A stretch of DNA of 64,000 nt from Candidatus Omnitrophota bacterium. GTDB taxonomy: Bacteria; Omnitrophota; Gorgyraeia; Zapsychrales; JANLHA01. How positions within the stretch are numbered: the first letter of the stretch is position 1; every line of letters starts with the position of its first letter. The notes beneath the pieces were generated by a model. It had not been told where the DNA came from and did not search any database. It saw only the letters and a list, made by a program, of their open reading frames with translations. Location: the NCBI GenBank assembly GCA_022711395.1, contig JAKLFA010000003.1, positions 34,509-98,508 on the forward strand. The letters run 5' to 3'. Position numbers and translations under genes: made by a program. Shown in pieces: positions 1-7,580 of this stretch.

Positions 1-489
1 GCTGTTGGCCTTAAGATCATCGATGATCGCTCCGTAGCGCTGAGGATTGCTGATCACGGCCACGTTCCTGAAATTCTTGGCCGCGGCCCTCAACATAGTC
101 GGCCCGCCGACATCAATATTCTCGATCGCCTCTTCAAAATCGACCTTCTTTTTAGCGATCACTTTATCAAACGGATACAGATTAACGACGACCATATCGA
201 TCAAGCCGATGCCCAGTTCTTTCAATTGGGCCATGTGGTCCGCCGATTCCCGAAGGGCCAGCAAGCCGCTGTGGATCTTAGGGTGCAGCGTCTTGACCCG
301 GCCGTTCAAGATCTCGGGAAACCCCGTGTAATCAGCGACCTCTGTTACCGGGATACCGGCCTGCATCAAGCCTTTGGCCGTACCGCCGGTCGAAAGGATC
401 TCGACCCCCAGCGCTGAAAGCTCACGGGCGAATTCCACCAATCCTGTTTTATCGGAAACGCTGATCAAAGCGCGTTTGACCTTAATCAT
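1..489 (-). CDS. purH: Bifunctional AICAR transformylase / IMP cyclohydrolase PurH, N-terminal 163 codons only; the gene continues beyond the window start.
   Basis: Reverse-complement translation from the ATG at 487-489 gives [41 protein letters not shown]...VVVNLYPF..., the MGS-like N-terminal domain of PurH. No stop codon is reached before the window edge. Confidence 0.85.
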   Translation of the reverse strand, partial: MIKVKRALISVSDKTGLVEFARELSALGVEILSTGGTAKGLMQAGIPVTEVADYTGFPEILNGRVKTLHPKIHSGLLALRESADHMAQLKELGIGLIDMVVVNLYPFDKVIAKKKVDFEEAIENIDVGGPTMLRAAAKNFRNVAVISNPQRYGAIIDDLKANS

Positions 490-560
490 TGCCTTAACCT
501 TTCGTTCGTTTGAATGTCCGCGGCGCGCCGCGTTCTTTATTAATATCAACCATGAATAAT

Positions 561-596
561 AAATCCCCTCTTCCATTTGCGCGGAACAGGGGATTT
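561..596 (-). terminator. Putative stem-loop terminator downstream of rpsU. The stem is AAATCCCCT / AGGGGATTT (9 bp) with a 19-nt loop, followed by a weakly U-rich tract on the minus strand.
   Basis: The inverted repeat was read directly. It lies about 40 nt downstream of the rpsU stop codon. Confidence 0.35.
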
Positions 597-637
597 AAAT
601 ATACAAAACCCGCTCATGAAGAGCTTCTAAACTGATT

Positions 638-790
638 TTAACTGTGTTTCTTTCGCTTTTTTTCTGACGGCTTCGTGTAATAACGGCGCTCTTTAAGCTC
701 CACCAAAAAGCCTTCTTTCTGACACAGTTTTTTGAACTGGCGCATGGCTTTTTCGAAACCGCCTTTATCGTTAACTTTAACTTCGATCAT
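638..790 (-). CDS. rpsU: 30S ribosomal protein S21
   Basis: Manual minus-strand translation gives MIEVKVNDKGGFEKAMRQFKKLCQKEGFLVELKERRYYTKPSEKKRKKHS*, a 50-aa basic protein with the S21 signature (FEKALRRFKK ... EKPSE..K). It is absent from the ORF track because it is under 60 aa. Confidence 0.85.
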   Translation of the reverse strand: MIEVKVNDKGGFEKAMRQFKKLCQKEGFLVELKERRYYTKPSEKKRKKHS

Positions 791-898
791 GAATAGTATT
801 CACCCGCCCTTCTGTGTTTTAAATATAAAATGAACAATAACAGTGCTTTATTATATTACACTTTTTTGAATTGTAAAGCCCCAAATCGGGCCGGCTGA

Positions 899-2164
899 TC
901 AGCCCAATCCGTAACGCAAGGTCAAAAAGACCATGACCAAAGTCAGCACAATGACCACCGCCACAGTCAAGACCGCTATGATATTAAAGGCCCGGCTGTT
1001 GACAAATTCACCCATCAGATCCCGGTCATTGATCAGGATCAGCATGTAGATCAAGATAAACGGCAGAAGGACCCCGTTTCCAACCTGCGAAAAATACATG
1101 ATCCCCAGCAAAGGAAAGTTCGGGACCAAGACCGATACCGCGCCGATCACGATCATCGCGGTATAAAGCCCAAAGAATCCCGGCGCCTCCTCAAAGCGCT
1201 TATCCACCCCTGCCTCCCATCCCATCCCTTCGCAGATCGAATAGGCTGTCGAAAGCGGAAGGACCGCCGCCGCAAAGATCGAAGCGATGAAAAGCCCAAA
1301 AGCAAAAAGCCATGACGCATAATTGCCCGCCAATGGCTGCAAGGCCAACGCGGCATCCTTGGCATCTTCGATATTGATCCCGGCCTTGAACATGGTCGCC
1401 GCGCAGGCCACCACGATAAAGAACGCCACCGCCGGCGCCAGAATACACCCTCCCACCACGTCCAAACGGACATGTTTATAATCCTCAGGCGTGATGCCTT
1501 TCTCCACGATCGAAGACTGCAGATAGAACTGCATCCACGGCGCAATCGTCGTACCGATGATGCCCACCAGCATGATCGTGTATTTCAGGTCAAAATGAAA
1601 TTCAGGAAGGAATGTTTCCCGAGCCACCTCACTCCAATCCGGTTTCGCGATAAACCCCGAGATAATATAAGCGATATAAAAAAAACACGCGAACAAAAAG
1701 ATCTTTTCCACGGACTTATAGGTCCCCCGCACGACCAGCATCCAGACAAAAAGCGCCGCCAGCGGCACCGAAATGAACTTGCTGACATGGAAGATCTCGA
1801 GGCTCGCTGCGACACCTGCGAATTCCGCCATGACGTTGGTGATGTTCACGCAAAACAGAACGAGCATCAAATAGAACGTGACCTTGACCCCAAAATTTTC
1901 TCTGATCAGATCGGCAAGCCCCTTACCGGTGGCGATCGCCATACGGGCGCACATCTCCTGGACAATGATCAATGCCAGCGTGATCGGGATCAAAGACCAT
2001 AAAAGCGTGTAGCCGAAATGAGCGCCGGCCAATGAATACGTCGCGATACCGCCCGCGTCATTATCCACGTTCGCGGTGATGATCCCCGGCCCCATGACCG
2101 CCAGAAAGATCCAGATATTCTTGAACCAAGGATGTTCTTTGAAAAATGTGATGATCTTTTTCAT
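899..2164 (-). CDS. NRAMP/SLC11-family divalent cation transporter, probably an NRMT-like variant.
   Basis: A 421-aa polytopic membrane protein. The TM1 motif reads GPGIITANVDNDAGGIATYSLAGAHFGY, i.e. DAGG in place of the canonical DPGN. The TM6 region reads IAPWMQFYLQ, i.e. Ala in place of the metal-binding Met of the MPH motif. Confidence 0.8.
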   Translation of the reverse strand: MKKIITFFKEHPWFKNIWIFLAVMGPGIITANVDNDAGGIATYSLAGAHFGYTLLWSLIPITLALIIVQEMCARMAIATGKGLADLIRENFGVKVTFYLMLVLFCVNITNVMAEFAGVAASLEIFHVSKFISVPLAALFVWMLVVRGTYKSVEKIFLFACFFYIAYIISGFIAKPDWSEVARETFLPEFHFDLKYTIMLVGIIGTTIAPWMQFYLQSSIVEKGITPEDYKHVRLDVVGGCILAPAVAFFIVVACAATMFKAGINIEDAKDAALALQPLAGNYASWLFAFGLFIASIFAAAVLPLSTAYSICEGMGWEAGVDKRFEEAPGFFGLYTAMIVIGAVSVLVPNFPLLGIMYFSQVGNGVLLPFILIYMLILINDRDLMGEFVNSRAFNIIAVLTVAVVIVLTLVMVFLTLRYGLG

Positions 2165-2171
2165 AATACTT

Positions 2172-3461
2172 TCAAACGAGTTTTTCCTTATACTTACTCC
2201 ACGCCAGCGCGATAAGCTCCTCCATCACGTCATCGGTCGTGATGACACCCTGCAACACCTCATGCGCGTCAACGACCGGGATCGATAAAAACTTGTATTT
2301 TTCCAGAAGAAGCGCGACCTCTTCCATCCCATCATCGGTCCGCACAAAAACATTTTTTGGAAAACAGACCTCCAGGATCGGCCGTTGCGGATCCTCATTG
2401 ATAAAACGCCTCAACGAGGTCGAACCCACGAGCCGGTGTTCGTCATCCACCACATAAAGCGTGTAAATGTTCCCGGGTGAATTCACATGGTCCTTGATCA
2501 TGGCCATGGCATCCGCCACGGTGGCGTCTCTGTTCAAATACAGATATTCCGTTGTCATCAACCCACCGGCGGAATCCTTAGCGAATCCCAAAAGCTTGCG
2601 CAGCTCTTTAGCCGTTTCATTCTCCATGCGGCGGGTCAGTTGCAGGATCTTTTCCTTCGAAAGCGTGGAAAGAACGTCCGTTGCCTCGTCAGCCGGAATA
2701 TTCTCAAGAAGATCGGCTGCTTCCATATCGCTCATCTGCTCAATCAAGTCCTGTTTTTCCTGCGTGGCCAGGTCCGTGAAGACCCTGCGCTGCAGAGGGA
2801 CTTCCAAAGATTTGAACAGCGACAGCCGTTCATAAATATCCAATCCTTCCATGATCTCAGCCAGGTCAGCCGGCAGGATCTGGGAAAGTTTTTTGCGGGC
2901 AATATCCAGCCTTAAAACGTTCTTTTGCCTCCCGAACGTCAGGATCTGCGTGTTCTTCCATGAAATAAAATCCTCCCGCGTCAAATACTGGGCCTTTGGC
3001 GCGAAAGACCTCACGACTGCGTCCACAAAAAGCGTCCACTCCAAACGCCGCACGATGCCGCGCAAGCCAACGTCCACATGAGCCAAATAAAGCCGGTTAT
3101 CAACACGCAACAGATGAATATCATTGACCCGGACGACCTTATGATTATCCGTGTCAACAACCTGTTGGTCTAAGACATCCACGCACAAGGTGAAGTCATT
3201 CTTCCACCATTTGTTCTGGAACTGAATCTCCTCGGCAAGAACGTTCAAAATGATCCTGTCATTCAACTGGGCGACATGATCAAACGGAACATGGGCATAC
3301 TTGTGTTTAAACAATCCCTTCTCAATGACCAGACCCGAGGCGCGCGGATAGATTTCAGTATTGATCCGCATGGAAATATCGCAGAGCTTCCCCACGACCT
3401 TGCCGTCACGGTCAATGATCTTACTTCCCAGGATTTCCGAAAGGTAGACAAATAATTTCAT
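2172..3461 (-). CDS. Cytosolic protein with a PRC-barrel-like N-terminus, an MgtE-N domain and a CBS pair, i.e. the Mg-sensing module of MgtE without the pore.
   Basis: ADLLENIPADEATDVLSTLSKEKILQLTRRMENETAKELRKLL reads as an MgtE N domain. It is followed by two CBS motifs (GGLMTTEYLYLNRDATVADAMAMI..., ...FLSIPVVDAHEVLQGVITTDDVMEEL). There is no transmembrane segment. Confidence 0.7.
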   Translation of the reverse strand: MKLFVYLSEILGSKIIDRDGKVVGKLCDISMRINTEIYPRASGLVIEKGLFKHKYAHVPFDHVAQLNDRIILNVLAEEIQFQNKWWKNDFTLCVDVLDQQVVDTDNHKVVRVNDIHLLRVDNRLYLAHVDVGLRGIVRRLEWTLFVDAVVRSFAPKAQYLTREDFISWKNTQILTFGRQKNVLRLDIARKKLSQILPADLAEIMEGLDIYERLSLFKSLEVPLQRRVFTDLATQEKQDLIEQMSDMEAADLLENIPADEATDVLSTLSKEKILQLTRRMENETAKELRKLLGFAKDSAGGLMTTEYLYLNRDATVADAMAMIKDHVNSPGNIYTLYVVDDEHRLVGSTSLRRFINEDPQRPILEVCFPKNVFVRTDDGMEEVALLLEKYKFLSIPVVDAHEVLQGVITTDDVMEELIALAWSKYKEKLV

Positions 3462-3479
3462 AAATAGACGACCCAGCCC

Positions 3480-4142
3480 TTATCGTGAGGTTGTCACGCC
3501 GCGTCTTTGACACAGATCCGCGACCACGCAGCGCGAACACAACGGAGAAATAGGTCTACAGACATTCTGCCCCCAGATCACAAGAATCGTATTATATTCA
3601 ATCCAGTATTGTTTAGGAAGCTTTTTTCTTAAAGCCCACTCTGTCTCTTCCGGCGAACCGGTCTTGACATAACCGAACCGGTTGGAGATCCGGTGCACAT
3701 GCGTATCCACGCAGATCCCCGGTTTGCCAAAACCTTCGGTCACGACCAGATTGGCGGTCTTGCGGCCCACGCCGTGCAAAGTCAACAGTTCATCGATAGT
3801 GTCCGGGACCTTTCCTTCAAAACGCCCGATCAGATCGCGACAGATGCTCTGAATGGTCCTGGCCTTGGTCCGATAAAACCCTACGGGATAGATCGCCTTC
3901 TCTATATCACGGACCTCAAGCTTTAACATCTCCCTGGGTGATTCCGCCAAGGAAAACAAACGCTCACTGGCCGGCAACGTTGTCTCATCTTTCGTCCGCA
4001 AACTTAAAATACATGAGATCAAAACCAGAAACGGGCTCTTCCAGCGCTTTCCGACCAAAGTCACTGAGGGATCCGGCCATTGCTTGATCCCAACCCGCAA
4101 CCGCTTCACGACCAGGTCGATATTGGAATTGTTCACCGCCAT
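3480..4142 (-). CDS. nth: Endonuclease III (DNA glycosylase / AP lyase)
   Basis: HhH-GPD motif LTLHGVGRKTANLVV, catalytic VDTHVHR, and a C-terminal 4Fe-4S cluster CRPISPLCSRCVVADLC. Confidence 0.85.
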   Translation of the reverse strand: MAVNNSNIDLVVKRLRVGIKQWPDPSVTLVGKRWKSPFLVLISCILSLRTKDETTLPASERLFSLAESPREMLKLEVRDIEKAIYPVGFYRTKARTIQSICRDLIGRFEGKVPDTIDELLTLHGVGRKTANLVVTEGFGKPGICVDTHVHRISNRFGYVKTGSPEETEWALRKKLPKQYWIEYNTILVIWGQNVCRPISPLCSRCVVADLCQRRGVTTSR

Positions 4143-4172
4143 TTTGCCTGGCCCCTCCCTAAAGATCGATCA

Positions 4173-4841
4173 CTATGCTTTAAGATCTGTCCCGATATGA
4201 CGGACCTTAATCCGCCCGCACTGTTTCGGTCCCTCGCCTTTACATAAACCGCTCTTAACGGCCTGAAATGTCACCGTCCGGTCCGCTTTAACACAGGACC
4301 CCCATGTCCGGCCTGTTGTGGCATCCAGCCCCGATGGGATATCCAACGCGACGACTTTCCGCGAGTGTTCATTGATCGCATGGATGACAGAGCAAAAAGG
4401 CTCTTCGATCCGACGATTAAGGCCAATGCCGAATACCGCGTCCACCGTGATATGCGAATTCCGAAGCGAACGCTCAAGTTGAACGGTTGTTCCTTCAACG
4501 GGGTGGACCTCAATACCTGAATTTTTTACGATCCTAAATTGAACGAGCGCATCGCCTTTGAGGGCCTGAGGATCAGCGGTCAAAAAACACCGAACAAAAA
4601 CTCCCGCGATCTTCAAATGCCGGGCGACCACAAATCCATCCCCGCCGTTATTGCCGGGACCGCAAACAATGCAAACCTTGGGTCTCAAAACATGCCGAAC
4701 CATCGAAAAGATTTCCTCTGCCGCGCTGCGGCCGGCGTTCTCCATCAAAATGATCGACGGGATCTTTTGTTCCTCTGTCGCCTTCCGTTCCAAAGCCTGC
4801 ATCCGCTTTGCCGAAATCGTTCTGTTATTTTTTTTCTTCAT
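4173..4841 (-). CDS. NAD(P)H-hydrate epimerase (YjeF N-terminal domain protein)
   Basis: VCGPGNNGGDGFVVARHL and ALDIPSGLDATTG motifs. At 222 aa it is the standalone N-domain. Confidence 0.75.
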   Translation of the reverse strand: MKKKNNRTISAKRMQALERKATEEQKIPSIILMENAGRSAAEEIFSMVRHVLRPKVCIVCGPGNNGGDGFVVARHLKIAGVFVRCFLTADPQALKGDALVQFRIVKNSGIEVHPVEGTTVQLERSLRNSHITVDAVFGIGLNRRIEEPFCSVIHAINEHSRKVVALDIPSGLDATTGRTWGSCVKADRTVTFQAVKSGLCKGEGPKQCGRIKVRHIGTDLKA

Positions 4842-4856
4842 GAATTTTTTTGAATT

Positions 4857-5789
4857 TTATAAAAAGTCGTATCCCATCTCTAAAAGCATCGTATCATTGT
4901 CACGCCAGCCCTTCTGGACCTTGACATGGAGATCCAGAAAGACCTGCTGGCCGAGCAGTTCCTCTAAATCTTCCCGCGCCATGGCCCCGGCCCTTTTCAC
5001 TGTCGAGCCCTGATGCCCGACAATGATCTTCTTTTGCGAATCGCGTTCCACATACACGACCGCTTCGATCCGGAACGTCTTTCCCCGCACCGCCCGCAGG
5101 CTCTCCACCACCACGGCGATCGAATGGGGAAGCTCCTCTTTGAGGATATAATAAAATTTTTCCCGTATGATGTCCGAGATCGCCATTTTTTTCGGCATAT
5201 CCGTCAAAGCATCTTCCGGATAAAGCATCGGCCCTTCAGGCAAATACTGAAAAATCGCCTCATACAGCTCCTCCATATGAATCCCGGTCTTGGCTGAAAG
5301 CGGCAGGATCGTAAAATCCTTAAACTCCGTCGCCGGCCTGCCCTGGACGCTTTCCCAGAGCTTGATATACTCCGACAAGTGCTTTGCGTTCATGTCCACC
5401 TTGTTCAATCCCAGAATGATGGGACATTTCAAAACGGCGAGACGTTTGACAAGCCGCTCCTCATCTTCTCCCACTCGGTCCATGGTATCGACCAGATGAA
5501 TAACGCAATCCGCCCCTTCCGCGCTGAAATCAACGGACTTGTTCATAAAATCATCCAGCCGGTCACGGACAGCGTGGATCCCCGGCGTGTCAATAAAGAT
5601 GATCTGACCGCGTTCATCCGTGTAAATACCCCGGATCTGATTGCGCGTGGTCTGAGGAACATTGGAAACGATCGCCACCTTAGCCCCGACCAGCTGGTTC
5701 AGCAAAGTCGATTTTCCGACGTTCGGGCGGCCGATGATCGAGACCATGCCGCACTTTAACATTTGTTCTTTATCTTGTTTCTTCGTCAC
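4857..5789 (-). CDS. era: GTPase Era. The true start is possibly MLKCG at 5762.
   Basis: G1 motif IIGRPNVGKSTLLN, DTPG, NKVD, and a C-terminal KH domain (VVYVERDSQKKIIVGHQGSTVKR). Confidence 0.9.
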   Translation of the reverse strand: MTKKQDKEQMLKCGMVSIIGRPNVGKSTLLNQLVGAKVAIVSNVPQTTRNQIRGIYTDERGQIIFIDTPGIHAVRDRLDDFMNKSVDFSAEGADCVIHLVDTMDRVGEDEERLVKRLAVLKCPIILGLNKVDMNAKHLSEYIKLWESVQGRPATEFKDFTILPLSAKTGIHMEELYEAIFQYLPEGPMLYPEDALTDMPKKMAISDIIREKFYYILKEELPHSIAVVVESLRAVRGKTFRIEAVVYVERDSQKKIIVGHQGSTVKRAGAMAREDLEELLGQQVFLDLHVKVQKGWRDNDTMLLEMGYDFL

Positions 5790-5793
5790 TGCC

Positions 5794-6060
5794 TCACCCT
5801 CTCTCTTTCCAATTGCGATATTTCAAAACAGTGATGGCCACACAGCTGAAAAGGGCCACGTTCATGAAATTGAATGTGCGCCATACGATATCCTCGGACT
5901 GAAATCCCGACGGGGCCATCAGCAAGATGCAGATCCAGACCCCCAAGGCCCAGCTCAAACTGATGTCGTTTGATGATTTTCTTTGAACGATCCGCACGAT
6001 GAGCGGAATATTGAACAACGGCAGAATAACAGCGGTCACCAGCGCGATCTTTTCGAACAT
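5794..6060 (-). CDS. Small three-TM membrane protein, possibly a PQ-loop / SemiSWEET-like transporter. The start used is the internal Met (MFEKIALV).
   Basis: About 89 aa and hydrophobic. PLFNIPLIVRIVQRKSSNDISL resembles the PQ-loop motif. It lies immediately downstream of a sugar kinase. Confidence 0.4.
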   Translation of the reverse strand: MFEKIALVTAVILPLFNIPLIVRIVQRKSSNDISLSWALGVWICILLMAPSGFQSEDIVWRTFNFMNVALFSCVAITVLKYRNWKERG

Positions 6061-6073
6061 CAGCGAACATCCT

Positions 6074-6979
6074 TTATTCAGGTTGAATAAAAACAAGGAA
6101 CTCCTTTAAACGTGCTTCGACATCCTTCACCGACAAGATAGCCGTTCTTGAAGGCCCAAAGCCCTCAACATTGAACGACGCGCAAACCGTCGCGTATAGG
6201 CAGGCCCGCTTCAAATTGGCCCTCGTCAAACGCCCTGTCTTGGCCAGATACCCCATCAACCCGCCGGCAAACGTATCCCCCGCCCCCGTGGGGTCCAGCA
6301 CGCGCATCACCGGGAACGCCGGAAAAGAGAAGCAGAATTCATCACAAAAAAAGATCACCCCGTGCTCTCCCTTCTTGACCACGATCAATCGAGGCCCCAT
6401 CTTCCGCAGGGCGCGGGCCGCAGAAAACAAGTTCTGCTCTCCGGTGAGCATTTGTGCTTCGCGGTCATTGGCGACAAACAGATCCACCCTCTTCAAAAGC
6501 CCGAGCAAGGGTTTACGCATATGCGTGATCCACAAATTCATGCTGTCCAAGCCGACCAGTTTTGGGCTGCGGACCTGGTCAAGAACGGCCTTTTGCAAAT
6601 CCGGCGTGTTATTGGCTAAAAAAACATACGGCAGGCGCTTCTGCGCCTCTGTGATCCGCGGCGCATACCCTTCCAGGACCCCCAATTCCGTCTGCTTCGT
6701 GACCGCCGTGTTCCAGTCCTTGGCGTCATAAGCCCCGCTCCAATGGAATGTCCTTCCTTGGGAAATCTCTACCGAACTTAGGTCCACCCCCTTTGATCTT
6801 AAAAGAGCGATGTGCCTCTTAGGGAAATCCTCCCCGACGATCCCGACCAGATGGACCTGCGTAAAAAGGCTCGCGCTCATCGCGCAGTGCGCGCCCGATC
6901 CGCCCAAAAGATTCTTTCGCGCCTGTTTGGATGTCTCAATATCATCCAGGGCCACTGTTCCCATAACCAATAAACTCAT
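6074..6979 (-). CDS. PfkB-family carbohydrate kinase (ribokinase superfamily)
   Basis: C-terminal DPTGAGDTFAGGL anion-hole motif and GG dipeptide LLGGSGAH near the N-terminus. Confidence 0.8.
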   Translation of the reverse strand: MSLLVMGTVALDDIETSKQARKNLLGGSGAHCAMSASLFTQVHLVGIVGEDFPKRHIALLRSKGVDLSSVEISQGRTFHWSGAYDAKDWNTAVTKQTELGVLEGYAPRITEAQKRLPYVFLANNTPDLQKAVLDQVRSPKLVGLDSMNLWITHMRKPLLGLLKRVDLFVANDREAQMLTGEQNLFSAARALRKMGPRLIVVKKGEHGVIFFCDEFCFSFPAFPVMRVLDPTGAGDTFAGGLMGYLAKTGRLTRANLKRACLYATVCASFNVEGFGPSRTAILSVKDVEARLKEFLVFIQPE

Positions 6980-7013
6980 GCCTTCTCCTTATCCTTTTCT
7001 CTCTACCCCTACC

Positions 7014-7037
7014 AATTGTGGCCCGCGGGCCACAATT
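7014..7037. promoter_or_regulatory. Perfect 24-nt palindrome AATTGTGGCCCGCGGGCCACAATT in the pfkB upstream region. It is flanked by a direct repeat CTCTCTACCC and polypyrimidine tracts.
   Basis: Read directly at 7014-7037, 35-60 nt upstream of the pfkB start codon. It could be an operator or a stem-loop; a T-run follows on the plus strand. Confidence 0.35.
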
Positions 7038-7101
7038 CCTTTTCCGTTTCCTTTTTTTCCCTCGACTCTCTACCCTTTTCGTTTTGCACTTTATCCTGTA
7101 T

Positions 7102-7518
7102 CTATTCCCCGATGATCTTGACCAGGACCCGCTTTCTGCGGCGGCCGTCAAATTCCCCGTAAAAGATCTGTTCCCAGGGACCGAAATCAAACTGTCCATC
7201 GGTGACCGCCACCACGACCTCCCGGCCCATGACCTGCCGTTTCATGTGCCCGTCGGCGTTATCCTCGCCGACATTATGCCGATAGCCGGAAACCGGCTCA
7301 TGAGGGGCAAGCTTTTCCAGCCAGTCATCAAAATCCTTTAATAGCCCGCTTTCATTGTCGTTAATAAAAACGCTCGCCGTGATATGCATCGCATTGACCA
7401 GGCACAACCCCTCTTTCACCCCGCTCTCCTTCAAACATTGTTCGACATCAGGCGTGATATTGATATAATCCCGGCGATGGGGTGTGTTAAACCACAGCTC
7501 TTTCCTGTAGCTTTTCAT
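7102..7518 (-). CDS. YjbQ / UPF0047-family protein (secondary thiamine-phosphate synthase enzyme family), copy 1.
   Basis: From the internal Met: [25 protein letters not shown]...[12 protein letters not shown]...DNADGHMK...[33 protein letters not shown] ribosome-binding site precedes the ATG at 7518. Confidence 0.8.
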   Translation of the reverse strand: MKSYRKELWFNTPHRRDYINITPDVEQCLKESGVKEGLCLVNAMHITASVFINDNESGLLKDFDDWLEKLAPHEPVSGYRHNVGEDNADGHMKRQVMGREVVVAVTDGQFDFGPWEQIFYGEFDGRRRKRVLVKIIGE

Positions 7519-7580
7519 GTTCGACCTCCTTCCGTGATCCAAAACAACGACAATGGAACACGCACCTGACATGTCCTGTT

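Noticed and set aside
516-532. 14-nt GC palindrome CGCGGCGCGCCGCG upstream of purH as a PurR box
   Set aside because: It does not resemble known PurR or PurBox consensus sequences, so it is more likely a simple GC hairpin. Noted only.
1153-2002. Several 80-176-aa ORFs in other frames inside the NRAMP gene
   Set aside because: They are nested in a well-supported membrane-protein gene and have R-rich, low-complexity translations.
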